64,000 nt of DNA, taken from positions 99,386,001-99,450,000 of the forward strand of contig NC_043001.1 in assembly GCF_006345805.1 (NCBI RefSeq), given 5' to 3'. The notes under the pieces are model-generated. The model searched no databases, was not told the origin of the DNA, and saw only the letters and a list, made by a program, of their open reading frames with translations. This DNA comes from Octopus sinensis. Lineage: Eukaryota. Of the stretch, positions 27,877 through 39,990 are shown piece by piece; the stretch's first letter is position 1; the number at the start of each line of letters is the position of its first letter. Made by a program: the position numbers and the translations under genes.

Positions 27877-30800
27877 AAGCAGTAGCAGCAGCAGCATCCT
27901 TTAAGAACACCATTGAAGATTTCATTTTGATTTAGTGACAAGGTATGTTTCTCACTACTTTCCTTAAGACTAGTGGAGAAGAGGTGCAAGCTAAGAGAAC
28001 ACTTGTTAATTATAATTAACAAGTGTATAATTATACAATTTACAGAAGGGAACTTTACCTTTACAGCATTCAGGTAATGAGAGAACTTCTATGCAGCTGC
28101 TTGATCTGTAAGAAACAGCAGCAAAGTCTCCCTCAAATCACACCCCACCCTACCCTCTTAGAAAATGAAAAGATGATATACCTTAAAAATAGAAGAGATA
28201 GTCACAGCTTGACTATCTCTCGGGACTTATACAACAAAAAGCACCTATTTACAACAAAGTGAACTTAGTTTAGTGCTTTTGCTCAAGTCACAGCACAGTA
28301 CAACACAAATAAAGGTATAAGAAGCAGCAGAATTTTGATTGGTATCTTAGCAGCCTTTCAACATAATTAATGATAGCACTTATCTAAAATATAAAATTTA
28401 CAACTTACAAAAAGCATCATTTTTATATCTGATTTTCCACGTTTATATGATGAGGACAAGTCCTCTCCAACATGGCATCCTGACTGGGACTCTGCTCAAT
28501 GGGTTTCTTGGGAGAAACCAAGAATGTACCAACAAATGGTGAGTGCAGTAATGTGCTATAATGGCACATGACCCTACAACTGACCTATTCATTTAAAATA
28601 TAAAGCTACTTAAAATAAATTTATGAACAAGATTTCAAACAATCCCAAATGTCTTTGGTGCTAAAGGTGGAAATGAGTAAATCAAATCACATATTAAGAC
28701 TGAGGGTGCCTCAAGTCGTTACTCAATCTACTAGAAATAGCAACTAAATTTTTCTCAAACCAACCCCTATCATCTTAAAAAAAGATCGCTACATTGGATA
28801 GCATAGTCCTGTGTACATTGCCTGAAAATAAATTGGGATGGTCATTAGTGGAATACTTTACTCATAGATCTATTTGGTCAGAGCTGACTTGAGTTAAAAC
28901 AACAACTTACCACACAAGGTGTGAGACAACTGTGTTTTCCCAGTTCGAAACTCTCCAAAAGCTTCTGTGATAGACATACTTTCAATCCCACCACCTAGAA
29001 GTTTACTAAAAAGATACAATACAAAAAAATCCATTACATAAAAATTATTTTGTGAAAACATCTTTGGGAAAAATGTACAAAAAAAGTACAGCCTGTTATT
29101 ACTTGTGAGTGATTATGGCTTGGTAACATGTGCCATGCTTTTGCTACTATTAGGTGTTTATGTAGTGATGAGCAGGTATTAGAAACCCTCCTGGTTTTCT
29201 CATTCTTGACTCTCCAATGTACCCAGGATGTGATAGCTGGAGGAAGAACAAGCTGCACTAGTACCTAGCTTGTATTCATTAACTGCTGACTAGATTGGAA
29301 TATGATGAAATGAAGTGCTTTTTTCAAGGACAGAACATGCTGCTTTGTCCAGGAATTCAACTCACACCCTTATAGTCATGAAGCAAACACTCTGACCATT
29401 AGGCTACATACCTTCACAGTTTTGGAAAATGAAAAAATTAATAACTTTGTTTACTTGTTAAATTGTATTTGGAAGGTAGTGCAGTCATGTTTATAGTAGT
29501 AGATGGAGAAAGTGATAAACAAATGTCTTTACAATTCAGGGTAAATTTAATAGAAATTGCTCCAATAACAATAAAATTTTCAAATTTGCAAACAGTATCT
29601 TATCTATTCTAGTATGAAAAACTAAATACAATATAATATCAATGATTATAGTGTTCAATATATCATTTTTTTTTCTTTTTAAGATGTTATGGTATGATTT
29701 GAAGAATTGGCTGCTAAACTCAACAGAGGTCTAATTGCTGGTAACACAGCTAAAAAAATCATCATTGAGACATGATATTAAAATGCATAATTAATCATAG
29801 TTAATATACAAAAAAAAGGTGTGTTTACATACTCAAGCTCCGCACTGCCCGTAGAAATATGGAAAATCTGTTTACGTTTATGTGCATACTGCAGAGCAGT
29901 AAAGAAACCATTTTCCTGGAAGAAGACATTGATTACAATAATAAGTATTTATCAGTCTACCTTTGATAAATTCTCAGCACATTTTTAATCAAATACACAC
30001 TCATACATACAATACACATATACTTCAGAACATACACATATATGTACATCATTTTAAGATAATACAACAAATATTAAAAATCAAATTAGAAATTCTCATG
30101 AAGTGAGGAAAAGAAATTAGCTCAATTACTAATATATTTTAATCAGTTTGATAAGTATGTGAGGCAACTTTGAGTATGTTTCAACTTTAATAGATCACTT
30201 CAGTAAGGAATAGACTTAACCATATTTGCAGAAATAGTGATGATGGAATTATTAAATACTTGTACAATATTTTATAGGAGTAGATATAAAAAATTAGCAT
30301 ATTTAAAGATATACCACTGACACTAATTACTGGTGAAAGTCATCTGAAAGAAAAACAATAAAATATGGAAAATCTGTTTACATTTATGTGCATACTGCAG
30401 TGGTGTTCAGTCATTTTGATGCTGTTGACTTTCAGCTAGGGGGTCAAATGTTGATTCTAAGCTTGGAGCAGATAAGGTTGAGGTCCATCCAGCAATCTGC
30501 TCCATGCATTGTGCGAGTATAGAGGACATCGCCCATGTCTTGCCGACAGACAATGATGTAATCTAGGAGATGCCACTTTTTGGAACACAGGTGCATCTTT
30601 GACGTCTTGTAAATATCCTGCTGTTGAAAGAGGGTGTTAGTGATGCACAGGTCATACTCAGAGCAGAAGGTGAGTAGTCTCGGTCCATGAGCATTCATTT
30701 TCCCTGTGCTGAGGATCCCTTGCCAAGCAGTATTGTCACACCCAACACAGGAGTTGAAGTCACCTATGAGTACTATCTTGTCCAATCAGGAGATATTCCG

Positions 30801-33800
30801 AAACGCAGTATGCAGAGAATCATAGAAGGCATCTTTTATCTCTTCATCAGAGTCAAGAGTTGGTCCATAAATGCTGAGAATTGTCAGAAAACGTTTGTTC
30901 AAAAGTGGGATTTTGATTATCATCAGGCATTCACTAATACAGGAATTTTCTGCAATAGGCTGTTCTTGATTGCAAAACCAACTCCATGCAAACAGGGCAT
31001 CCCAGAGGGATGTCCTTTCCAGAGGAAGGTGTATCCACCAGCTTCTTCAGTGAGGGAACTGTCATTGAAGAAACCTTCCGATGAGGGTTCCCTCACTGAG
31101 TACAGCAATGCTGATGTTGTAGCCCTTGAGTTCGGTGGCTACAATAGCAGTGCATCACAGAGGTCATCGAGTGTCCGACACATCATCTGAAATGTCATCA
31201 AGGAGGGGGCAAACATTCCAACATGCAAGGATGAGGTTCGAGGGTTTCTTTTACTTTTTCAATTTTGATGCTTGGTTTTGACCGCATGTTTGGAGATAAC
31301 TCACTGTGAGCAGTTACCCAGTCGAGCAAGTGAGGACAAGCTTTTTCTGGGTCACATTTTCTAGGCCTTTTCTCATGTGGGGCAGGCAGTGCTATCCCTA
31401 AAAAGGGTTGCCTGGATGCACAAGCAAGACCGAGGTGGATGTCTGTACATGAGTCGATCCAACAACAACCATCTTACTTATGCCACCTATGTGCAAGACT
31501 CCAACTAGAGGCTTCTAACTACATCCTAATCTGCCCCTATCACCAGATGATCCCATCACCACAGGACTTGCAGAGAGGATGAAAGAGAATGAAGGATGAA
31601 AGGCGAAGCCTGCGCTGTGAAAAGTTTAAGGTGCTGGAGAGGATGCACAGTTCTCAGCTGCACGCATTCGACAGAAGGCGAGGGAGGTTAAATGGCAAGA
31701 GGAGTCTCAAGACGATTGACTCTTGTCTTCTGCTGCAACGAGCTGCTGGATAAGATCCTATTCTCTGCCTTGGGACCAGCCCATCTGGTCCTGTTTGCAG
31801 GCTTCTTGCGGCAAGCTGCTGGAACTCCAGTTTGTCGTAGTCCACCTTTATAGCCAGCTTGCATGGCATCCCCCTCATCTGCCTTCATTAGGATATGTAT
31901 ATATATATATATATATACAACAAACTTCTTTCAGTTTCTGTCTACCAAATCCACTCACAAGGCTTTGATCGACCTGAGGCTATAGCAGAAGACACTTATC
32001 TGAGGTGCCATGCAGTGGGACTGAACCCAGAATCATGCGGTTGGTAAGCAAGCTACTTACCACACAGCCACTTGCTTGAACAATACTAGTGCGTCATCCT
32101 CTAATTTGTTTTGCACAATGTTTTTTTTTTGGTGATGAGGTGTAACATCCAATTTTTATTTTGGTTTCTTTAAAATTACAAAATTACAAAATTACATGTG
32201 CATGCATGCACACACACACATGCACACACACATACACACACCAAGGGGAGTATTAATAAATCTATAACTTTGTATATTGCTTTATATCATACAGCTGTTA
32301 CCCAACTGAAATCTTGTATCATTCATGTAATGAGTTTTTGACTGAGATCTTTTTTAAATTTTAAACATGAACACTTTAATATGAGCATTCTCAGGCAGCT
32401 TGACATTAAAAGGATTAAACAAACTCAAGAAGGCATAATTCAAAGAGAAACACGAAAAAAGAATATGTGACAAAATTTAATATTTTCGAATTCATGTATG
32501 AATTACTTACACAAATTTTCAGAGAAGCTTCTTTGATTTTTTCCATTTTTGCTTCAGATATACCTTTTATTGTACACATCTTCTTTCTGGTTGTCATATG
32601 TATACCCTAAACAATATTTAAAATGATATATAATCAAATGTTTAGAATTTATACACTGCATGAATTCCCATAGAGGGATTGAAATAAAGATAAGTAGAAA
32701 GGAAAAAATTGAGAGACAACCAAAGAATCAAATGAAGAACATAATAGGTTAGAGGTTAATAATTCACACAGATTTCTTCATGCATGTGTGTGTATACATA
32801 GATGTATGTAAATTGCTAAGCTTCAACCTTTTAGCATTTAAACTGGCCATATCCATCCAAAACATTCTCTCTATTTTATATTCAAACAAGCCAGATCCAG
32901 CATCTCATACTTATCTTACGGTGTCATTCTAAAAATAAACAATCGCATCACCAGATTCTCAAGTCTATGAGATAATGCATGATTAACTCAAAACAATGTG
33001 AATCAATAAGCATTACATTTGACAGAGTAATCTGAATGCTGTATGGTTAATTCTGTTCAACACACACACACACACACAGATGTATTTCAGCAGAAGGAAT
33101 GAAAGCATGAAACTCTAAGAGCTGGTATTTTAGAGTTATTCAGTTAAACGTTAAAGAATACTCTACATGTGCATATTGAGTTCTGTAATTTATCACTTCT
33201 TAATGAATCAACAGAATTGTGTGTGTGTGTGTGTGTGTATTACAGCTGTCCATCAATGTTGACAATGACATTGTCCTCTAGGAGTCTTATCTTACATTTT
33301 ATGAGTTGATAGATGTGAAAACAGTCTGATCCTGGAATGGCATGTCCTTGAACACAGATGACAAGGGAAGTTGCCCATTATGTTGTTGGTGAGTCTGAGA
33401 TGACATTGACATCTCTTATCCTCAAGTTTCCAACATCAGATTAGTTCAAAGTGTGTAGCTCCTTTGCCGTAGAGGGAACACCAGCTTTGCCAGTTCTCAG
33501 CAAAGTATTCAAGTTGTGCTTGTTGAATGATGCAGGAGATGAGGACAAGCTTAAGATGGTTGCTGAACCTCTTCTTGGGTCCCTCATACAGGTAAACACT
33601 GGTTGATAGCTCTCCAAAGAAGACCATTTTCAGGAGACGATTATCAAATATCCTGATATGTGCATACATACTGCATTCTGGTCCACAAAAGCTTGTCTTT
33701 TTTCATTGCTTTTGTAAAGGCTCCTATTCCTATCCCTAGGAATTAGCTGGTTGAACATTACTTTCATCCAGATCCATCTAACACAACTGTCTCTGCTCCA

Positions 33801-36309
33801 CTCCCAACTACTATTGTCAATCCGGTAACTCATTGCTCTCACTAACCATTATTACCAATCCTTTCTTTCCAGATATTAATCCTCACAAATTCATTCTCCA
33901 TTCATGGTTTTCTTGCAGATATCACCTTGTAGACATTCAAGCAACCTCTTCCTCTTTCTTCTCTTCCTACAATAAAACTGATGTTGTATTACCTGTACCA
34001 ACCATGAATCAGCAGATCTGTTACCAAAAACATTCAAGTTGTGAGTATCTCATTTTTTAGGCATATGACTATGTTAATCAATGTGTTGCTCTTTATTTCA
34101 GGATAGTACAGTATGATCTGATGGAGATATGACTGCTATTTCGAGCAGGTTGAACAATTCCCTCATTGCTTTGTGAGTAATTTTGCATGTTAATGAATTT
34201 ATTAAGAATAAGCTAATTATTGAGTTTTCTGCTTACCCTGATGGTGCATATTCCTGATTGTTTTAACTTCTTAATATCAGCTGCATTCTGTAAAAGTTGC
34301 AAGGGCACAATTCAAATTAATAAAAAATTAACAAAAGATTCTGTTATTAATAGAACTGCTAATTATGGAAAGGAATGTTAGCAGTAGATTTCAAGAGACA
34401 TCTATTGCTAATATTACCATATTTAATAAATAACATTATATCATATTATGTATATGCATAAAATTCTAAGTTTGGCTCAGTTACTAGGACAATGAATAAC
34501 ATGCTTTGTCTCATTATTTAGTTATATCCTATTACTTTTTGAGTTCAAATCTAGCCAAAGTTGATATACCCTTCCATTTTTTCAAATTTGGTAAAATAGG
34601 ATCAGACAACTGGTGTAATATGTAATCAACCATTCTCCTCTCTTTATGGTTATGTATCTATGTTAGAAATCAATATTTATTGCAAGAAGGTGAGTACCAA
34701 ACAATACAAATGTCACTTCTAAATCCAAATTTGTGACATAATTTTGATCTGTAATTGATGTCAAATCATTTCATTTACATTGATATTAGGAAAGATATGG
34801 ACAACACATTACTCTATTTTCCCTATCACCAAAAACAAACATTTGTTTCTGTAAAATATCAATATTCAGAACTAAATGTCAACAGAAAGAGTTCACTGAT
34901 AGAATGCTTTAATGCATCTAGTTTGAAATCTCATTATTTAGAATTCAAATCCCATCGCAATTGTTTTTACCTGCCATCCTTCTGAACTAAATCTAACCAG
35001 TCCCTCTCTAGGTTGCCACATAGTAAAGCATATCAATATCACTACTGAAATTCGAGGTGTATGTAAAAAGTTTATTAAAATAAAATATTTCAGATTCCTC
35101 TTTAATATTTTCATTGTCTTTGTTATTTAATGTCAAAAATATATTTCATTTAAAATTTAAAAACACAAGACCACTATTAAGTATATACTCACAATTCCGT
35201 GATTCTGTAATTGTTCAATATCTTGAAAAAATGGATCCTGAAAATACAAAATTACTCTCCAATTAACAATAAATTGTAATTAATAAAAAAAAAATATTTA
35301 GGAATGGGAAGTGCAGGGCCCAGTGATTAGAGTGTTTGGGTCAGACTGTGGTTTCAATTCCTGAACCAGGAAATACATAGTTTATTCAAGCAAGTGTCTT
35401 CATTTCAAGTTGCTTCTCACTTGTAATGAATACCAGCCCATTCTTCCTTCAACTATTACATCTTGTATGTTTTGTTGGGTCAAGGGTGAGGGAGCAAGAG
35501 GCTGTCAGTATCTGTTTGCAGCTATATAAGCACCTAAAACAATTAGTGAAAGCATAGTGTATGTTACCAAGTCATATTCATTCATGAGTGATGGCTGGCC
35601 ATCCTGTACTATTTAAGAGCTGAAAGCCAAATAATAATTATAAATATCTAAATGTAAAATTGTTAGACACAGGGATTTTTTTCTTCTCTATAGTGACTTA
35701 GAATAATACATTATTCAATCTAAGGAGGTCACTTCTTCCACCAGTCTCAAAGATCCCTACAAAAACTTACGCATGGTATTTCTTGTCCTTTGACTTAAAC
35801 CATATAAATAAATACAAATAAATATAAAGCAAAATAACAATTTTCTTCAACCTACGACCCAACGGTTAACTTTGAAAACTAGTATAAAATAATATTCTAA
35901 AAATATTATTTTTTTTGTCTTCAATTAAAGTGAAAAGAAGCGGGGCAATTTGTAGACTTTGATATAAAAATTTTTTATCAGAATGAAGCTACATAATCTA
36001 TTTTTATATCCACCAATCTTATATTGTTTTTTTATTATTATTATTATTTTTCTATTATTAAGACAGAGAGCAGACAGAATCATTAGCACCCTGAACTAAA
36101 TGCTTAGAAGCATTTTATCTGTCTTTACATTCTTCTGAGTTCGAATTCTGCCAAGGTGGTGTGTGTGTGTGTGCGCGTGCATGCATGCGTGTGATAACTG
36201 TAAGATATTCAAATGTAAAAACACACAAGATGCTACTTGTGACAGTCTTGACACATACCTCTTCTTCTTCAGACTCCAAATCAGGAGCAACAACTTGCTC
36301 AGCAGCCAT
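15653..36309 (-). CDS. DMC1: Meiotic recombinase DMC1, complete, 13 coding exons, 340 aa
   Basis: Exons 36309-36259, 35237-35193, 34287-34237, 32606-32511, 29915-29833, 29005-28911, 26737-26665, 25945-25854, 24418-24345, 22731-22617, 21150-21090, 19148-19032, 15722-15653 sum to 1023 nt in frame. Walker A GEFRTGKT, Walker B LMVVD. DMC1-type L1 ([16 protein letters not shown]) and L2 ([23 protein letters not shown]), not RAD51-type. Confidence 0.97.
17034..18084 (-). mobile_element. Internally deleted piggyBac DNA transposon in the last DMC1 intron
   Basis: 12-bp TIRs CCCTTTCGTTAC; TTAA at 18085-18088 (left site TGAA); ORF 17838-17446 with acidic N-terminus and LDYFFLLF...[11 protein letters not shown] typical of piggyBac transposase N-terminal part. 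Confidence 0.88.
19032..19148 (-). CDS. DMC1: DMC1 coding exon 12 ([39 protein letters not shown])
   Basis: atttag / gtttgt; 117 nt. Confidence 0.97.
21090..21150 (-). CDS. DMC1: DMC1 coding exon 11 ([20 protein letters not shown])
   Basis: aaccag / gtaagt; 61 nt. Confidence 0.96.
22134..22348 (-). mobile_element. tRNA-head SINE, second family, with 17-bp target-site duplication
   Basis: AATAAGATTTATAATAT at 22117-22133 and 22349-22365; older copies at ~15240, 16265, 38000, 58930. Confidence 0.88.
22617..22731 (-). CDS. DMC1: DMC1 coding exon 10 ([38 protein letters not shown])
   Basis: ctcaag / gtaaat; Walker B and L1 loop. Confidence 0.97.
24345..24418 (-). CDS. DMC1: DMC1 coding exon 9 ([25 protein letters not shown])
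   Basis: ttgcag / gtaaaa; 74 nt. Confidence 0.96.
25854..25945 (-). CDS. DMC1: DMC1 coding exon 8 ([30 protein letters not shown])
   Basis: attaag / gtaagt; 92 nt. Confidence 0.97.
25946..26664 (-). other. DMC1: U12-type (minor spliceosome) GT-AG intron of DMC1
   Basis: 5' splice site GTATCCTTGG; branch-like TCTTTAAC ending 9 nt before the 3' intron end; no polypyrimidine tract (catgattaag). Confidence 0.85.
26095..26575 (-). mobile_element. Retroelement tail family (GGATGCCCTTCCTAAC motif) with internal GTGCCAC..GGCA minisatellite
   Basis: Shared with copies at ~10290, 11595, 23750, 24880, 47370, 54991; (GAT)n-type tails. Confidence 0.75.
26665..26737 (-). CDS. DMC1: DMC1 coding exon 7 ([25 protein letters not shown])
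   Basis: ttctag / gtatcctt (U12-type donor); 73 nt. Confidence 0.96.
27770..27896. repeat. (TAG)n microsatellite grading into (CAG)n
   Basis: Visible directly; source of poly-L/poly-Y ORFs. Confidence 0.97.
28911..29005 (-). CDS. DMC1: DMC1 coding exon 6 ([31 protein letters not shown]), Walker A
   Basis: ttttag / gtaagt; 95 nt. Confidence 0.97.
29833..29915 (-). CDS. DMC1: DMC1 coding exon 5 ([28 protein letters not shown])
   Basis: ttccag / gtatgt; 83 nt. Confidence 0.95.
30401..31620 (-). mobile_element. Degenerate RTE-clade LINE 5' part (UTR + APE endonuclease)
   Basis: LILACWNV...[14 protein letters not shown]...GGYTFLWKG...[11 protein letters not shown]...NTLFQQ...WHLLDYIIV, with stops and frameshifts. 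Confidence 0.9.
31650..31870 (-). mobile_element. RTE-type LINE 3' fragment
   Basis: Degenerate ...ANRTRW... C-terminal segment. Confidence 0.5.
32511..32606 (-). CDS. DMC1: DMC1 coding exon 4 ([32 protein letters not shown])
   Basis: gtttag / gtaagt; HhH motif KGISEAK. Confidence 0.95.
33300..33860 (-). mobile_element. Degenerate RTE LINE 3' fragment
   Basis: [12 protein letters not shown]...[11 protein letters not shown]...AENWQSW, homologous to ORF 9006-9425. Confidence 0.8.
34237..34287 (-). CDS. DMC1: DMC1 coding exon 3 ([17 protein letters not shown])
   Basis: ttacag / gtaagc; 51 nt. Confidence 0.94.
35193..35237 (-). CDS. DMC1: DMC1 coding exon 2 ([15 protein letters not shown])
   Basis: tttcag / gtgagt; 45 nt. 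Confidence 0.93.
36259..36309 (-). CDS. DMC1: DMC1 coding exon 1 ([17 protein letters not shown])
   Basis: Acceptor AG at 36314-36313, 3 nt UTR then ATG; donor gtatgt. Confidence 0.9.
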
Positions 36310-36589
36310 AACCTATAATGGAAATATTATAGTTTAAGATTAAAATGTAACCAATTAAACACTGCTCATACATCAATATACATATCAAGAAAACAACATT
36401 TTGCCTTCTCCTCAGCAAAACATGAACAACATGCCACTAAAACACAAGAATGTCAATGTTGGTGAAAATACTAAGCATCAGCATTACTCTTCTGGCATGT
36501 TCACAAGTAAAAGTCACAATGGAATACTGCTCTCACAGCTGAAACAGTGTTGCTTCTACACATACAAACATCCTAGCCCACACCCTGCT

Positions 36590-36950
36590 CCCACAGCTGA
36601 GACAGTGTCACTACTACACATACCAACATCCTGCCCTACACTCTGTTTTCTGGCCCATAGAAGTTATATCTCCTCACTTTGGCTTTTTTACCACAACTGC
36701 TCTATTGCCCAGGGAGAGTACTTTCAACTCATTTACCTATATTCTTTTCATTAGACATATTGTGTACCCCATTACCTATGCCCTGCTTTAACCACAATGC
36801 CCAGCCTTCTTCACCAGAATATAAACTCTCTGGAAGTCCCTCTATAACCATTTTCTTCCTACAGTCATCAGTTTTTGTTTCTAATCATTTAGCCACAAGT
36901 GAAAGACAGTGCTTATATCTCTTTACAAAACTCAGAGACTGATAAGAGGA
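36590..36950 (+). mobile_element. Old CR1/L2-like LINE 3' remnant
   Basis: Degenerate AFFTRI*TLWKSL resembling FFPRT..LWNSLP. Confidence 0.4.
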
Positions 36951-38775
36951 AGGATTCTTAAACCAGAAGTTTGATTTGAATGTTTATGACGGTGGATTCT
37001 GTTCATGACACTTAAGTGTCAAATGATTGTGTTAAAGTGACCAAAACGAAAAGATTTTAAAAAATATATGTAAGAAGAGCCTGCTTGAATAAGAAAGGCT
37101 GGTCAACAGTAATGTTTAACATATCAAACCAAAGAATGTCTAAAGTCTATGACAATCATTATTAATCCTGGTGAAGGTAAACTGCCAGATATTGAATCAT
37201 CTATTTTTAGTATTTGTGACAATCTTCATGTTGAGGCATCAATTCATGCCTTCTATTGTTTCTTGGAAGTGAACTACACTGTTATGAAGCAGAAAATCAG
37301 GGTGAAGACTTTGAATTTGCTCATTGATGAGAAAGGTAACAACTGATGTCATTAGACGCTTTTACTGAAAATAATAGATTATTTTAAATGGGATAGAATG
37401 AGTACATATAATTTTTATTATTAAACTAATAAGCTGAGAATATTAAGCTTAGGTCCTTTGTGGACTTAGCTATTTTTTCACTCCATCTAGCATCAATTCT
37501 TGGAGCTATTAATTTCATCACAACTATCATTAATATACTAAGCATCAGCATTTCTCTTCTGGCATGTTCACAAGTAAGAGCCACAATGGAATACTGCTCT
37601 CACAGCTGAGACAGTGTTGCTTCTACACATACAAACATCCTAGCCCACACCCTGCTACCAGTAGTATTCATTTATCAGGTATTAGAAGCCAAGCCATTAA
37701 AAGGTCTGGTTCACATCAGTCTTGACTGAAAAGAGTAAAAACTTTCAGCACATCAAGAAGAGCATCAAGCATATTGACCTCACCAGTCATGGAAGGTCTG
37801 TGAAGTGAATAATTACAATCTCTTCTTCCAGACCAATCTATTAAATATATATATTAAAAAAAAACATAGAATTCTGAATAAAATCTCTGAATACTTTGCA
37901 AAACAGTTCTATGTTTTATGAAATAATTCTTTTACTCTTCTACTGATTTCAGCCACTGAACTACTACCATGCTGCAAAATGACTTCAAGGGTATTGGTTG
38001 ATTATATTGGTTTCAAATTTTGGTACACAGCCAACAATCTCAGGGAAGTGGGTAAGTCAATTACATCAACCACAATGCTTAACTGGTACTTATTTCATCA
38101 ACCCCAAAAGGATGAAAAGCAAAGTTGACCTTGGCAGCATTTGAACTCAGAACAGATGAAATGCCACTAAGCATTTTGCTTGGCATATTTGGTTGATTAT
38201 GCTGTCTGCACGATTTTCTCCATCTGATGCTTTTACATATCCAATTCTTTTCCCTTTCTCCTTTCAGAAGAAGTGCTATACCCAAAATGTCAGAAACTCT
38301 CTCTTTTTACCAAGAATCAAATTAATGCATGCCTTGTGCATGTCCTCTTGTCTGTTAATTTTGTCATTCACTTATTTGAATTGACTATATATATATCTTT
38401 TATCTTTTACAAGTTTTCATCATTAGACTGTGGCCATGCTGGGGAACCACTTTGAAGAATTTTTATTTGCTTAGCTGAATAAATTGACTCCAGTACTTTT
38501 TTAAGCCTGGTCCTTATTTTATTGATCTCTTTTTGCTGAACTAAGTTATGGCGACATAAACACACAAACACTGGTTGTCTAGTGGTGGTTGGAGGATAAA
38601 CACACACACACACATATATATGATGGTCTTCTTTCAGTTTCTGTCAACTAAATCCATTCATAAACCTTTGGTCAGTCCAAGGCTATAGTAGAAAACACTT
38701 GTTCAAGGTGCCACATTGTGAGGCTGAATCAGGTACCATATGGTTAAGAAGCAAGCTTCTTGGTACATGGTCACG

Positions 38776-38777
<2 letters not shown>

Positions 38778-38823
<46 letters not shown>

Positions 38824-38889
38824 TATATATTATATATATATATATGTATGTATATATATATATATAATATATATATATATATATGTATG

Positions 38890-38924
<35 letters not shown>

Positions 38925-38937
38925 ATATATATGTATG

Positions 38938-38981
<44 letters not shown>

Positions 38982-38983
38982 TA
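38778..38983. repeat. (TA)n/(TATG)n compound microsatellite
   Basis: Visible directly; similar tracts at 25060-25255, 42359-42396, 42475-42675, 61908-61983; (CA)n at 22496-22533 and 26940-27055. Confidence 0.97.
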
Positions 38984-39990
38984 CAGAGTTAAGTGTAAGT
39001 CCGTTAATCATTAATTAACGAAGTCAACATTTTCATTAACAATTTAACTTTTGAGTTAACTTTGAAATCTTTATTAGACTAATTAACTTCCATTACATTT
39101 AACTTCTATTTACTCAAGTCCATTAACCCAAAACTCATCTACTGCAGCCCCTTAGTCAATGCAGTTTTGGCCCCTTGGTCAATGCAGTTTTGGCAGGCAT
39201 CAACAAAAGATTTGTGACCCTCCTGGATGATGGGGAATGCCAACTGGCTGCTGCCTTTCACTCTAGGTTTTGTCTCATCTGGTTGGATAGGTATGATAGC
39301 ACCAAGTTCACCAAGGTGAGGAGAAGCATGGAGGATAGGGTCAAGGGGGCCATGAGGCAACAGTCTGAGGAAATGAGCAGCAACAACAAAGAGGTGGAGG
39401 ATGACTTCTTCAGTGGTGTTACCCAACAAAAAGAGAGCAGAAGCCATGGGTCACTGAAGATGCTACCTTCTTGAGTGAGCAAGTGTTGGTGGACTTGTTC
39501 ATCAAGTTCAACATAGCCATCCCCTCCAGTGCTGCAGCTGAACATTTATTTTCCATGGGCAAGGACATCTTAAGTGCCAAGAGATCGTCCATGTCTGATG
39601 AAAATTTTATTATGTTAATTTCCATGGAAGGCAACATGAATCACATCAACAAAATGGAGAAGAAGAGGAAAAATTAAATTATGAACATATTGTGTTTTGA
39701 ATTTTAAAAAAAAAATCTTTTTACAGCCACTTTATCAATAAACTTCTTTTAGTTTAATACTAATATTGTGTTTCATTTAAGTTAGTTTTACCCTTTTCTG
39801 AATCTAAAAGCCTTTAAAAACCTAAAAAAAGGGCCAAAACTATGAAATCAGCCTTTTTTTTAAACTATAAAACTTTTTTTAAACTATAAAATCAGCATTT
39901 TTTAACTCTAAGCAAAAAAAAAAGACTATAGTTTTGGGGTTCTAAAGCCCTCAAAAAAGCCCAAAATGCTGATTTTATAGTTTTGGCACT
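38984..39990 (+). mobile_element. hAT-superfamily transposon remnant (C-terminal dimerisation region)
   Basis: 39139-39677 encodes LAAAFHSRF...LFIKFNIAIPSSAAAEHLFSMGKDILSAKRSSMSDENF (hATC-like SSA..ERLFS motif, degenerate); outer boundaries approximate. Confidence 0.8.

Noticed and set aside
27703-28022. Poly-L/poly-Y ORFs, and YI/CV/HT-repeat ORFs at 22331, 25044, 26915, 38699-39011, 42435-42726, 61726
   Set aside because: Translations of microsatellites.
30687-31190. 167-aa plus-strand ORF
   Set aside because: Antisense of the RTE endonuclease remnant.
34830-34880. NIDILQKQ resembling DMC1 exon 2
   Set aside because: Not frame-compatible; the true exon with proper splice sites is 35193-35237.
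15653-36309. RAD51 as alternative identity
   Set aside because: L1/L2 loops, the GIESMSITE motif and 340-aa colinearity match DMC1.
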